Shown one piece after another: positions 43,360-56,601 of a stretch of DNA of 64,000 nt (the first letter of the stretch is position 1; each line of letters begins with the position of its first letter). Under the pieces are notes generated by a model that saw only the letters and a list, made by a program, of their open reading frames with translations, had not been told where the DNA came from and did no database searches. This stretch comes from Octopus vulgaris (lineage: Eukaryota), in the NCBI GenBank assembly GCA_951406725.2, contig OX597837.1, positions 4,402,001 through 4,466,000 on the forward strand. Direction: 5' to 3'. The position numbers and the translations under genes are program-made.

Positions 43360-43915
43360 TTGTTGTGCAAGATTTTTTATGTGAAGTCGTGTGTTGAAAC
43401 AGATATTGTTATATTTCGGAATGGTCATTTTGCCAGTTTAGCCAAGAAAAGCACACGCAATATATATTTGGTGTTATTTTGCTTCAGTGTTATTTATTTT
43501 TTTACATTAATCTTAATCTTATTTCGGCCAGAGTTCTTTCGTCACACTCCTGTGACCGCATCAGTGGTCCTTTGTTTTCTTCTTTCTTATAAACAGAAGA
43601 TACAAATATTACAGGCATACACACACTAAATAAACATAAACGCACATAGAGATATAAGCATGCGCAAATGAAGACATACAATAGAAATACAAAATGGCTG
43701 ACGGTTAGTAAGGCGAGACACAAATAAGAAAGAAGAAAACAAAGGACCACTGATGCGGTCACAGGAGTGTGACGAAAGAACTCTGGCCGAAATAAGATTA
43801 AGATTAATGTAAAAAAATAAATAACACTGAAGCAAAATAACACCAAATATATAGTGCGTGTGTTTTTATTGGCTAAACTGGCAAAATGACCATTCCGAAA
43901 TATAACAATATAACA
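43360..43915. mobile_element. Family D element as an inverted dimer
   Basis: 43406-43590 is inverted at ~43723-43910; hammerhead-like motifs at 43526-43570 (-) and 43744-43788 (+). Confidence 0.8.
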
Positions 43916-44230
43916 ATATATATATATAGACGCAGACGTGGCTCTATGGTAAAAAACTTGCTTCCCAGCCACATGGTTCCTGGTTCGGTCCCACGGTCCC
44001 AGAGCGTGACAGTTTGAGAGAGTGTCTTCTACTATAGCCTCGGCTTGTGAATGGATTTGACGGATGGAAATTGAAAGAAGCCCATCTTGTACGTGTATGT
44101 ATATATTTATGTCCCAGATACTTTGCGGCTCGGCAAAAATACTCCGATAGAATAATTTACAACTTTTAAAGAAAAAATGGTACTGGGGTTTCGTTCGCTT
44201 GACTAAAATCTTTGCCTAATGACTTAAACA

Positions 44231-44299
<69 letters not shown>

Positions 44300-44303
<4 letters not shown>

Positions 44304-44762
44304 GGTTTTCAGAATGAAATAAAATACCAAGACTGTGAAGATTTTAGAACATTTATGAATAGGTCTTACAGCTGTTTCTAGGATATTTTTATATCTCTTC
44401 TTCGGTGACGGTGGGAGAAGATGGTTAAGCTATAGTTAATTTAGATAAGATACGAAACAAAGAGTTAAATGGAGGAACGAAAATAGATGCAAGATATGCA
44501 GCGATATTGCATTTGTAGATCGATTATTTAGGCAGAATGGTTTACATATAAGATTCCCAATACTTTGTGAGTAAAATCCAATAGTATTTAAAATTGGTCA
44601 TTCTAAGTATAGAGTTTGTACACAGTGCTATTGAATGAAGGGTTTCTCACACAGTTTCTCATGAAGGGATATAATAAATATCCTGGAAACAGCTGTAGGA
44701 CTTTCTTTTTATAAATGTTCTAAAATCTTCACAGCCTTGGTTCTTTTATCTCATTCTGAAAA
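44300..44762. mobile_element. Fold-back element with a hammerhead-like motif in each arm
   Basis: Arms ~44305-44420 and ~44643-44762; CTCATGA A GGGATAT..ATATCCT G GAAA CAGCTG TA on plus and CCGAAGA A GAGATAT..ATATCCT A GAAA CAGCTG TA on minus. Confidence 0.65.
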
Positions 44763-44911
44763 AAAAATTATGTATATACATACTGATATGTGACTTACGG
44801 TGAACTCCCTATTCGCATAACCACCGAACCCAGAGCTTAACTATGGTTTATCCATAGCATTACTCCGGGTCTTATGGACACCGTCACCTCTACATAACCT
44901 ACATATATATA

Positions 44912-45038
<127 letters not shown>

Positions 45039-45178
45039 TAATATATATGTTTACTCAAATATTTATATACATATGTATACATATCTATATCCCTATCTAT
45101 CTATTTATATATATATATATGGAGAGAGAGAGAGAGATATGTGAAAAATATCTGTATACATACATCTAAACATACATA

Positions 45179-45233
<55 letters not shown>

Positions 45234-45257
45234 CATAATACATAAATATACACACAC

Positions 45258-45334
<77 letters not shown>

Positions 45335-45583
45335 ATAAAACATACATATGTATATGAAAAAGTCATAGAAATGCCCTTTCTGATAATTTTTCAAATTCAA
45401 TAATTAAATATTTATTAGGCGTAAACACTAATTACTTCTAAACGTGCAAACATCTCGTTATTAAAGTAGGAAAATTATCAGAAGAGCCGTTTCTATTCAT
45501 TTTTTTCAAATACATAATACAGTATCAAGGACTTCCTACTTTTAATTTGTATATATATATATATATATGCACTATATATATAT

Positions 45584-45700
<117 letters not shown>

Positions 45701-46097
45701 TTATTAGTGCAAACGAGTGGGGTGGAGATGACGTTGAAATCGCAAAGAGGATATATTTTAATCTAATTATATTCTAAGACTTAGAAATTCACTTGACCGG
45801 CTTCACATTAGACTTTCAAACTGCACAGTGGATAAAGCTGTGTCGAAAATTATATCCATTATAAAAATACTTTCTTATTAAATTAGGAAACTGGCTCGGA
45901 ACGCTATCCGTTAACGTACAAATTGATTGGACGCCGTTTATGTACTGCACCCATGTGACACCAACAAATAGACAGTTAGGTAGAGACATATACATATACA
46001 TACACTGACATATAATTACATATATGTATATGTAAAATATATATACACACAATGTATATTCACAGAGGCGTAGGAGTGGATGTGTGGTAAATAGCGT

Positions 46098-46568
46098 AAA
46101 GGCGGTGAGCTGGCAGAAACGTTAGCGCGCCGGACGAAATGCCGAGCGGTATTTCGTCTGCCGCTACGTTCTGAGTTCAAATTCCGCCGACGTCGACTTT
46201 GCCTTTCATCCTTTCGGGGTCGATAAATTAAGTACCAGTTACACACTGGGGTCGATGTAATCGACTTAATACCTATGTCTGTCCTTGTTTGTCCCCTCTA
46301 TATTTATCCCTTGTGGGTAATAAAGAAATAAGTATTTCGTCTGCCGTTACGTTCTGAGTTCAAATTCCGCCTAGGTCGACTTTGCCTTTCATCCTTTCGG
46401 GGTCGATTAAATAAGTACCAGTTACGCACTGGGGTCGATATAATAGACTTAATACCTATGTCTGTCCTTGTTTGTCCCCTCTATGTTTAGCCCCTTGTGC
46501 GTAATAAAGAAATTGGTATTTCGTCTGCCGCGACGTTCTGAGTTCAAATCCCGCCGAGGTCGACTTTG
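46098..46568 (+). mobile_element. SINE B tandem trimer (one full, two 5'-restarted units) flanked by SINE A pieces
   Basis: Units restart at GTATTTCGTCTGCCG after each AAAGAAAT tail. Confidence 0.85.
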
Positions 46569-47349
46569 CTATAGTAGAAGACACTTGCCCAAGGTGGTTG
46601 GTAAGCAAGCTACTTACCACACAACCACTCCTATGTCTGATATGTATGTATATATTTATATATACATACCTACATATATACAAGCATATCGTATATGTGA
46701 ATGTGTTTGTATTAGCGAGCGGGAATGTGTGTGTGTATGTGTGTGTGTTTGTGTGTGTGTGTGTTTGTGTGCAAATAAAGTAATCAACTGTTAAAATTCA
46801 ATAGCTACTTTTGAGAGATTGTTTCGGAGACAATGAAACTAATCGTTTAATCTACTCGTCACACCAATATCGGAAGAAAAGAGAGGTTTTGTAAAACACT
46901 TCATAGCATCCGCTTATATAGTCGAAAATGATATCAGAAAATGGGAAATCGGTGGCGGGATGCCTAGAATCACATTGAATTCTTTATCTTGATTCACTTA
47001 AGTGAAATTGGAAATGGTTAAGACAGAGAAAACAGATTGGAAAACACTTAAAAAGGAGAAAAAACGGAAAGAGATACAGGAAAGTAAATGAGTGGACAAA
47101 TTCGAGGTTAGATGTGAACAAATAGAATAGAAATAAAAGAAGAAAAAATAGAAGATGAGTGCGGACAGGTGAATGGCGAATGAAGAGTCTCGGTTCTTCG
47201 TTCATCATTTTTTTGATCCACTCAAGGATTAAAGTATGAATGTTTTATGAAATGATGAGTAAAGTGACTAATGAGTGAGGTGTGAAGAGTGAAACGAATG
47301 AGGCGTTATGTTTCTCAGAGGTTTACACGCAGGGCCGACAATCAATAGA

Positions 47350-47700
47350 CTCTTTTACTCTTTTACTTGTTTCAGTCATGTGACTGTGGACATGCTGGAG
47401 CACCGCCTTTGGTCGAGCAAGTCGACCCTCAGGACTTATTCTTTGTAAGCCTAGTACTTATTCTATCGGTCTCTTTTGCCGAACCGCTAAATTAAGAGGA
47501 CGTAAACACTCCAGCATCGGTTGTCAAGGAATATTGGGGAGACAAACACAGACACACAAACATATACACACACATACACACACATATATATATACATATA
47601 TACGACGAGCTTCTTTCAGTTTCCGTCTACCAACTCCACTCACAAGGCTTTGGTCGGCCCGAGGCTATAGAAGAAGACACTTGCCCGAGGTGTCACGTCA
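47350..47700 (-). mobile_element. SINE family A, 5'-truncated
   Basis: Reverse complement of family A lacking the tRNA head. Confidence 0.85.
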
Positions 47701-48265
47701 TGGGATTACTGCATATATATCGTTGCTATTATGCAAAAGTGTCGTAAGTCCAAAACATTGCTTTTTCAGAAAACGAAAAGAATAGTTTCACCATTTCATA
47801 GCAAAACCATTTTCACAATTTTTGATTTCTTGGCATTCGAAGCGGTTGGAGATACGATAGTTTGACCAAAAGAACCGGTTATTGCAAGAAAAATAAATAT
47901 TGAAAAATAAAACGCATTCGGCCAAATTTGTATATACGACAGTTTAACATAATAGCAACGATATATATCTATACGTGTCGTACTTGTATTAGAAAGGGCC
48001 GTCCTTGTCCCATTCTGTGTCACGCTGAATCTTCCCGAGACCTACTTTAAAGGCACACATATCTGAGGAGTACTCAGTCACTTGTGCGTTATTTTCACGA
48101 GCAGGCCTGTTCCCTTGATCGTATCAATTGGAAGAAACCCTCGTTCGAACCGACGAAGTGCCGGTGTATAAATACAAACATATACCCACAAATATATGCC
48201 GCACTCACACACACTCTCACACGAACACACAGACACATACACATACACATACACATACAGAGAGG

Positions 48266-48332
<67 letters not shown>

Positions 48333-49328
48333 CAGAAGCATCTGTTAGTTTCGTGAGACTGGATCTGCACTGGGATTTGTACACACACACACACACAAAA
48401 TATCACAATGTATTATGCAACTGACTTTGTCTTGAGTATTCTTTAAAAATATTTTCCCTATCTCCATGTATTAGCTTTTTACATTTATTTCGAAACAAAA
48501 ATTTTTCTCAGTCCATTAACTCCCGCATCGCCTCTTCTGAAAAAGGATCTTGAAGCCACCATTTAGAATTTAGAAACGCTATTTTTCAAGCTGAACATAA
48601 AAAGCAAATAAGGAAATATATACAATCTTTCATGAAAAGTTTAGCCTGAATCGCTGTCATGTCTAAATATACCACGTTTAAAAAGAAAGTTCTGTCGAAT
48701 ATACTACATAGATATGAATACCCAGGGATATATTAATACATACATATATGAAATGAAATTATGCTACAAAAGGAAGAACATGTAAGATATCATGAAAAAC
48801 AAGGAAAAGTTTCGCTTCACGCTAAGAGAAATAGAAAAAAAAAAGAAGATAAGTTTAAAAGCTTTGCACGTTAATTCTTCTGCAGAAAGATTGAATAATA
48901 GAAAATAAGAAAAGATACAGGGGGAAAAATGAAAAAAGAAAAAAGTATGACGAAGATAATATCCTACTTGCGTTTCTCCTTTTAACTACACTTTCAAAAT
49001 GACCGCAGGTTTCTTACAAGGAATGTAAAAGTAGGGGAGATAAGCTAGAGTGCAATGTGCGTGAGCGTGTGCATACGATGGGAAGATCCGACATGTTTTA
49101 TGCGTATGTTTGCGTGTTATCTTCTTCGTAGCGTGGGTATGCTTTTGTTTCTTCTGCATGTGTTTGCAGTGAGCCTCTCTCTCTCTCTCTCTTTCTCTGT
49201 CTTTCTGTCTGTCTGTCTGTCTGTCTGAAAAAGTTAAAAGCGTGTAGTCGTTTCTCATATATTTGTGTTTGTTCTTGGGCTGATAATGGTGGGTGTGTAT
49301 CGTGCATTTTTTCCTTTTTTCCTTATAT

Positions 49329-49373
<45 letters not shown>

Positions 49374-49410
49374 CATCCATATCCATGTATCCCTATGTGC
49401 GTGTGTAACC

Positions 49411-49451
<41 letters not shown>

Positions 49452-49454
<3 letters not shown>

Positions 49455-51289
49455 TGTGCCATCCCATAAATAATGCGGGTTTTTTATACATATTTTGTTT
49501 TTAAAATTACGATATACCAAGTTCCTTTTTAATCTAAAATATATTCTCCTTCCTTTTCTACAATGCTCTTCCACCTATCTGGTAGACTTGCAGAGCCCTT
49601 CTTCCAAAATTCACTTGTCCTGACAGAAAATACTCCAATACTGTTCTGACGTCGTCTACAGAGTTCATATTTTGGGGTTGTCGTTTCCCGTTCAAACTAC
49701 TCCACCCTTCGTAATGTCATCCTCGCAGTATTTGATCGAGCATTATCCTGATGGAAGAAAACCTTTCGTCTTGAAGCCAAAGATGATTGTTTTTCTTCAA
49801 GCGCTGACTTAAGCCGCTCAAGATTCTCGCAGTAATCTCCTTTGCAATCGTTTGGTTTGGGTTTAAAAGTTGAAAGTAGACTAAACATTTCATATCCCAC
49901 CAAACAGATAATAATATCTTACGTGGGTGAAGACCTTCTTTAGCTTGAGGTTATCTCTTTATTATAGGGACAAGGCCTGATATATAGAAGGGACATACAA
50001 CAGACATGCGGGGACATAAAGACGGATGAAAAATCATAAATGAAATGAACACAAATATGATACAAATGAGACGGCCACCTCGCCCCCGATGCAAGATGAA
50101 CCGTGAATACCTTCACAATAAACTTTACAATTAGACTTTATGATTAAACATACAATTAAACTTTACAATTAACTTAACAATTAGACTTTACAATTAACTT
50201 TAAAACTACTTCTAGTTTCGCTACAATGCGAAACTGTGACCTTTCCTTTCATTTTTTCCTTTAATTTAACCGCTCATATGTGTCCTTTTACAACAGAAAA
50301 ATAAACGTTTTTTTTGCAACTTTTAATTACTTGTCCATTCATCAGCTCTTTTTCCATTATTGTCTTTTTGTTTAACATAATTTACAATGGTCACCTTCTT
50401 TTTTTCCTGTTGCAATTTTTCCATAATTTATTATACTTACTTATTTTCCATCCTATCTCGTTATGTTTTTCTCCATATTTCTGTTTTCCTCGATGTTTCT
50501 TGCGTCTTCCGTTTCCTTGCTCTTCTAGTTCTCCTCTCCACCGTAATTCGATTGTCTGTATTTTTTGCATTCTTGCTTGGCTGTATCCATCCGACTGCAA
50601 TTCCTCACCTTTCTTCTTCACACCTTTGTCATTCGCCTCCGGGCTCTTTTGCTCCATTTCCTCGTCGCTTTATACTTCCACCTCCTCTTCTGATATCTCT
50701 GTTACTGGTGCTTCTACATTTTCTGTTTCTCGTTGGATTTCTTCTTCCATACTTTTGCACCTTTTTATTTCTGCTGTTGTTGGTGACTTCTTTCTTTCAC
50801 GCTTTTTGCTTTTTATCTCTTCTAGTCTTTCTTTTTCTGCCAGTTTTACTTTTTCTGCCTGTTCTCTTTTCCTTTGTTCTTTCATTTTTTCTTCTTGTAT
50901 TTCTCTTGCTATCTCCTCAACTAGTTTACAATATTTAGCCTGGGGTGCCGGTGTTTCTCCTTTCCCTACGCACTGTCTTCGGCACTTGGCTTTTCTTTAG
51001 AGAACCTATTTCTCGGTTCCCCAAAAATTTATTTGTGGGACGTGACAGCAAAGAAGAGCACACATTCACTCTGTGTGCGCGAGTAGACTCGGAAAGTTTG
51101 TGAGAAATCGATTGACCCAATTTGCTGACTTTTGCGATAGCAAGCAGGTGTTGAAGAATAGTTGAATGATCAAATCGAAGCTTCTCTGCTAGTTCCTCAA
51201 CAGCAACGATGGGACTTTTTTCCACCCGGGTTTGCAGGACGTCCTGGTCGAGATCTGCAGTTCATTCAGCACGTGGCTCATTTTCAAGG

Positions 51290-51290
<1 letters not shown>
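49452..51290 (-). pseudogene. Decayed mariner transposase element, split by a ~1 kb insertion
   Basis: Minus-strand peptides EELAEKLRFDHSTILQHL..KVSKLGQSISHKLSE (HTH/WVPHEL-like), LHPRKILLSVWWD, FFHQDNAR and LPDRWKSIVEKEGEYILD*; TIR-like TATTGTGCCATCCCATAAATAATGCG at 49452. Confidence 0.85.
49965..51015 (-). mobile_element. Insertion inside the mariner: E/K-rich ORF1/gag-like remnant
   Basis: Interrupts the transposase between the SR..FL and PQAKEGLHPRK blocks; charged coiled-coil-like frame broken by stops. Confidence 0.4.
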
Positions 51291-51337
<47 letters not shown>

Positions 51338-51773
51338 ACACATACACACATACACACACATACACACATATATACACACACATTTGTATATATATGTTAT
51401 ATGTGTGCGTGTGTGTCTCTGTGTTTGTGTTGTATCCCCACCAGCGCTTGACAACCGCATAACTTACGTCCGCATAACTTAGCAGTTTCGGCAAGAAATA
51501 TCAATAGGATGAGTATCAGGCTTTAATGACTTAATTACTTAATTACTGGAGTCGAGTCATTCGAGTAAATAATCTTCAAGGCTGTGCCCCAGTGTGGCTG
51601 CATTCTAATGACTGAATCAAGTATAAATCAAGTATAAAATATATGTAAACAGAGAGAGAGGAGGGGGGAGCGGGAAAAAGAAAGAGAGGGGAAAAAGAGA
51701 GGAACAGAGAGAAACAGAGGAAAAATAAGAGAGAGTAGAATAAAAATGTTCTTGGTAATATACAGCATAGTAT

Positions 51774-51844
<71 letters not shown>

Positions 51845-51857
51845 TAGTAGTAATAAA

Positions 51858-51907
<50 letters not shown>

Positions 51908-51910
<3 letters not shown>

Positions 51911-52974
51911 AAACAAGAAATCATACCACCTTTGGGAACTGAAAACGAATAATATATAGAATTTAACCTGAAATGGGATATAGTAAAAAAAAGGATGGCC
52001 TTATAAAAATAAACACGAAGAAGAAGAAGAAGATGATGAAGAAACAACAAAAGCTATAAAACAAATGAAATCCAAACTAAAAATAGAACAGCAACGAACC
52101 ATGATAAAACGATGGCAAGAAAAGCCCCTTCATGGTAAATACTGCACTAAACTAAACGCAAAAGAAATAGACAAAGAAAAATCCCAGCAATGGTTGAGAA
52201 GCTCAGGACTCAAAGCAGAAACAGAGGGATTTTTAATTGCAGCACAAGACCAAAGCCTCCCCACCAGAAATTACCAAAAACATGTAATGAAAAGAAATAT
52301 TACAAGTAACTGCAGAATATGTGGAGATGGACAAGAAACAATAAATCATATTATCTCTAGCTGCCCAGTCCTGGTTAAGAAGGAATATATTCACAGACAT
52401 GACAGAGTTGGAACCTACATACATTGGAAGCTATGCCAACATTATGGAATAACAACAGAAAAAAGATGGTATAGGCACACACCAGAAAAGGTCACAGAAA
52501 ACGAGAAAGCAACCATACTCTGGGATATGCCGATACACACAGACAGAGAAATTAAGGCCAACAGACCAGATATAGTTGTCAGAGATCATGAAGAAAAAAA
52601 AAGCTTTCTAATTGATGTATCAATACCGGCAGATGACAACGTGTCTCTAAAAGAAATGGAGAAACTCTCAAAATACAAAGACCTGGAAATAGAGGTAACT
52701 AAAATGTGGAATCTGAAAACAGAAACAATTCCTATCATAGTAGGTGCATTAGGCATGATAAAAAAATATTCAGACAAATACATAACAAAAACACCAGGAC
52801 TTACAAACACATATAACATACAGAAAATTGCACTACTAGGCACTGCACACATCCTACGCAGAACACTTTCCATACAATAACCATCAGAGCATCACAACAA
52901 ATCACAGCACATACCCAAGGCACACAGAGCTGCGCTCGGTAGTGAAGTGAAAGCACGCTATAAAAATAAAACTA

Positions 52975-52980
<6 letters not shown>
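51908..52980 (+). mobile_element. 5'-truncated R4/Dong-clade RLE non-LTR retrotransposon inserted in (TAA)n
   Basis: (TAA)n on both sides; ~100-nt 3' UTR ending ACTACTG(AAT)n; second copy at 14058. Confidence 0.9.
52065..52880 (+). CDS. C-terminal CCHC zinc knuckle plus restriction-like endonuclease of an RLE retrotransposon (partial, no RT)
   Basis: 271-aa uninterrupted frame: KPLHGKY, AAQDQSL, CRICG-x3-ETINHIISSC, RHD, RPDIV..IDVSIP..EKLSKY (PD-D-xK type). Confidence 0.9.
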   Translation: MKSKLKIEQQRTMIKRWQEKPLHGKYCTKLNAKEIDKEKSQQWLRSSGLKAETEGFLIAAQDQSLPTRNYQKHVMKRNITSNCRICGDGQETINHIISSCPVLVKKEYIHRHDRVGTYIHWKLCQHYGITTEKRWYRHTPEKVTENEKATILWDMPIHTDREIKANRPDIVVRDHEEKKSFLIDVSIPADDNVSLKEMEKLSKYKDLEIEVTKMWNLKTETIPIIVGALGMIKKYSDKYITKTPGLTNTYNIQKIALLGTAHILRRTLSIQ

Positions 52981-53012
<32 letters not shown>

Positions 53013-53161
53013 TAGTAGTAATAATAAAAAAATAATAATAATAATAATAATTACATCCGAAAACTGGTGAAGGTTATTTATCATTTCGTTTTCAGTCTAC
53101 GGAGAAACAGCTAAATCAACTCTGTTCATAAAGGTACTACGAAGGGATACTGAAAAGTTTA

Positions 53162-53577
53162 GGATCTTTTCGGTTTGAACGGCAGTTTTTAACATAATTT
53201 CTAGGTAACTAAACACTTTTAAACTTCGTATACTGGTAGAATGTGTTTATAAAACATATTTTTCTCTTGGCTTTATTGAGAAAATTCTATAGTTTGTAAG
53301 ATATTTGTTGGTTTTTTTTTCAATTTCTGCAATTTCAACCAATCAGTGACGTCCATTGAGGTGAAAAACATTCTGTGCAATATGAATATGTCCCTCGTTT
53401 AAGAAACAGATTGGGTTTATTTACATTTGTGAAGAAAAAGAGATACCCTTCCCCCCACCCCTAACCCTAACCCTAAAACAGATTGAAATGCAATAGATCG
53501 ATACTAGGGTCATAATTATGGGTGACAATTTCATATGACACCGCTAGAAAAAACTGCCGTTCAAACCGAAAAGATCC
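53162..53577. mobile_element. Merlin-like MITE, opposite orientation to the 15626 and 34785 copies
   Basis: Perfect 29-bp TIRs; TSD AAAGTTTA/AAAGTTTC; internal (CCCTAA)3. Confidence 0.9.
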
Positions 53578-53744
53578 AAAGTTTCTGGCATCGGGCAAAA
53601 GAAAATATAGGGGGATCAGTTAATTACGATTTTGTTCAACATGTTACCCTCTCAGATTCACATACTTATTGCAGCGGTCCTTCAGTCTTTCTAAGCCCTG
53701 CAAAAGAACTCAGAAGGTTGGGACTCCAGCCTGGCCTCTCATGT

Positions 53745-54050
53745 GGAGGCACATCGCCTAGTGGTTAGAGCAGCGGACTCGCAGTCGAGGGATCGCGGGT
53801 TCGAATCTCAGACCGGGCGATGTATGTGTTTATGAGCGAAAACGCCTAAGCTCCACACGGCTCCGGCAGAAGATAATGGTGAACTTCTGCTGACTCTTTT
53901 GCCACAACTTTCTCTCACTCTTTCCTCCTGCATCTTGCAGCTCACCTGCGACGGACCGACGTCCCGTCCAGGTGGGGAACCTATATGCCAAGGAAACCGG
54001 CCCTTATGAGCCAGGCATGGCTCGAGAAGGAACAAACAAAAAACAAACAA
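53745..54050 (+). mobile_element. SINE family C variant with a different 3' half
   Basis: Head as at 9033 (GCAGCGGACTCGC..GGTTCGAATC); diverges after CTTTCTCTCACTCTTTC; (CAAA)n tail. Confidence 0.75.
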
Positions 54051-54501
54051 ACAAGCCACTCACGACACTCTTCAAGTCATGGACTTTTCATCAACCCCCT
54101 CGTATATAGGTAACGTACAACATCTCCCTACCAAATGCCTGAAAGTTTATTCTTTAAAGTAATCTAAACTTGGGATTCGAAAATTTATTCTTCCTCCCAT
54201 AATTATGGAAATATCAATAATAATTTTATTCTGACAAGTTAATTCACTTGTAAGTTTTATGTATAAATTTGTCAATATTCTCTTCAAATATAAATCTATT
54301 ACCATTTTAGATTACTTTCCGTAATAAACATGTTGACAGCTTCACTCACATAAAATAGCCCAGGAAATCTAAATCCACCAACCAACCCCACCGGCTGTCC
54401 CCTCTTCACTTATCTTATTTTCTTTTGCGCTTCCTTCATCTTCTATAGTGTGTAATATTTTAACATTTTTATTGATTTCTTTCCAGCTCCCTATTAAATC
54501 A

Positions 54502-54562
<61 letters not shown>

Positions 54563-54758
54563 CACAAACACACACGCGCACACACACACACACTCACACA
54601 CACAGGCACAAACAAACACACATGCACACACATACAAACACGCGAACACCCACCAACACACACACGCAAACGCATGTACGTATGATATATATGTATATTT
54701 ATGTGTATATATGTGTATATACATACATGGATATATACATGCATACATACATATATAT

Positions 54759-54829
<71 letters not shown>

Positions 54830-54833
<4 letters not shown>

Positions 54834-55330
54834 AGGTGCGTAAGATATTTGAGAACAGATTTATGTTTATAAAACCCAGATATATAATAACAGATAATAA
54901 TTTTATCAAAAATGCTATGAGGATAAAAATAAACCTTTTCTATAATGTTATTCAATAAAGCCACCTCCAGCTTCAACAACTGCTTCTATCCGAGATCTAA
55001 ATCATCTACATGCTCGGATCAAGTGGTCCTGGTTCCTTTTGGACATTACTCTGACTATGGCAGCTTTCAAAGAATCTTTGCTGTTATGGGCGTGTTCATC
55101 GACTTCTCTCAACAACACTCCACATGTAATAATCCAATGGATTGAGATCTGGAGAATTAGGAGGCCAAATGTTAGGGGTTATGTGTTTATGAAGATTTTT
55201 CAGCCATCCATTCCTGTGTAACTAGGGGCATGTGTGATAGTGCAGTCTTACTGAAACACATATGGCCTTCCAGCGCATACGCTGTCTATCCAGAGCTTAA
55301 CAATTCATTCTAGGACCTCAATGTAGGCGG
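54830..55330 (-). mobile_element. Decayed Tc1/mariner-like fragment
   Basis: TA-CAAGGTG terminus after (TA)n; minus strand WPPNSPDLNPLDYYMW, the Tc1-type WP..SPDLNP motif. Confidence 0.6.
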
Positions 55331-55354
55331 CAGAATTATATACATATATCTGTT

Positions 55355-55730
55355 GTTGTATATAGGGATGGTCATGTTGCCAGTTTAGCCAATAAAAACA
55401 CACGCACTGTATATTTGGTGTTAATTTGCTTCAGCTTTATTTTATTTATAACATTTATCCCATTTCGGCCAGATTTCTATCGTCACACTTTTGTGACCTT
55501 ATCAGTGGTCCTTTGCTTTCTTTTTTCTTATTTGTGTGTCTCTCCTTACTAACGATCAGCCGTTATATGTTTCTCTCCTTGTTTTTTCTGTGTGCCTTCC
55601 TGTAGAAGAGCGTAGGCTCGAAACGTAAAAGACTTTTTCTATTCCTGAGCGTTATACTAATACATCTGTTTGTTTTGTACACTATCTGTCTTCGTCTTTT
55701 GTTGTTTTTTTCGTAACCTCTCCCTATCTA
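55355..55730. mobile_element. Fusion of family D and family E pLTR-type fragments
   Basis: Family D sequence to ~55565, then family E with CTGTAGA A GAGC gtag GCTC GAAA CG TA. Confidence 0.65.
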
Positions 55731-56194
55731 TATATACATATGAAAGCAGTAACTCTACAGAGATGTAATGTTTATCGCCACTCAAATATGACTCTTCGAT
55801 AGGAGCCGACGATGCTGTTATTTTTAACACCAGAAGGACGCTTCCTCCAACTAATTATTCGATGCAACCTGCACTCGCTATATATTACAAGCAGGGGAGT
55901 TAACCCATACCACCTCCCAGCCACAAGACCGTTCGCTTTCGATCTTTTTGTGTTCATCCTAGCAGTAATTTCGATTCCTACAGAACATACATGTTTATGT
56001 GGTGATAAACATTGGTTTTATAAAGTTTTTCCAAGTAGTTAATTTGCCTGTTGCAAGATCGGTAGTTCCGTCTTCAATTAATTTCTATACACTGCAAGCT
56101 GAAGTGGACCACTGCTTTCTGTAGCGGACGAATATCCTCCACTGATGATGACCACAAAGAAGTCGAAACCGTCTCGCCGGTTGCTCTTGTGGCT

Positions 56195-56258
<64 letters not shown>

Positions 56259-56358
56259 GATAAACATTTACTGTTTGATATAACTTATTTAGATAATTAA
56301 AAACATTTAAATAATCCTCGATATAAATAATATAGAGTTGTCATTCTTTCGTTGTTAC

Positions 56359-56438
<80 letters not shown>

Positions 56439-56554
56439 ATTATTATTATATTTATTATTATTATTAATATTATTATTATTGATATCATTATTATTATTAT
56501 TATTATTATAAATATTATTATTATTATTATAAATATTATTATTATTATTATTAA

Positions 56555-56600
<46 letters not shown>

Positions 56601-56601
<1 letters not shown>

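Larger units (their letters stand above)
53138..54104. mobile_element. Mariner-type MITE carrying nested Merlin-like MITE and SINE C insertions
   Basis: TACGAAGGG...CCCCTCGTA termini; residual body matches 11027-11247. Confidence 0.65.

Noticed and set aside
45352-45512. Hammerhead within the short inverted repeat containing CTGATAA
   Set aside because: The inverted repeat is real, but there is no stem II or GAAA in the right spacing
50314-51000. 228-aa hydrophobic plus-strand ORF
   Set aside because: F/S/L-rich antisense shadow of a purine-rich minus-strand E/K frame
52586-52873. Minus-strand 95-aa ORF
   Set aside because: Antisense shadow of the RLE retrotransposon ORF
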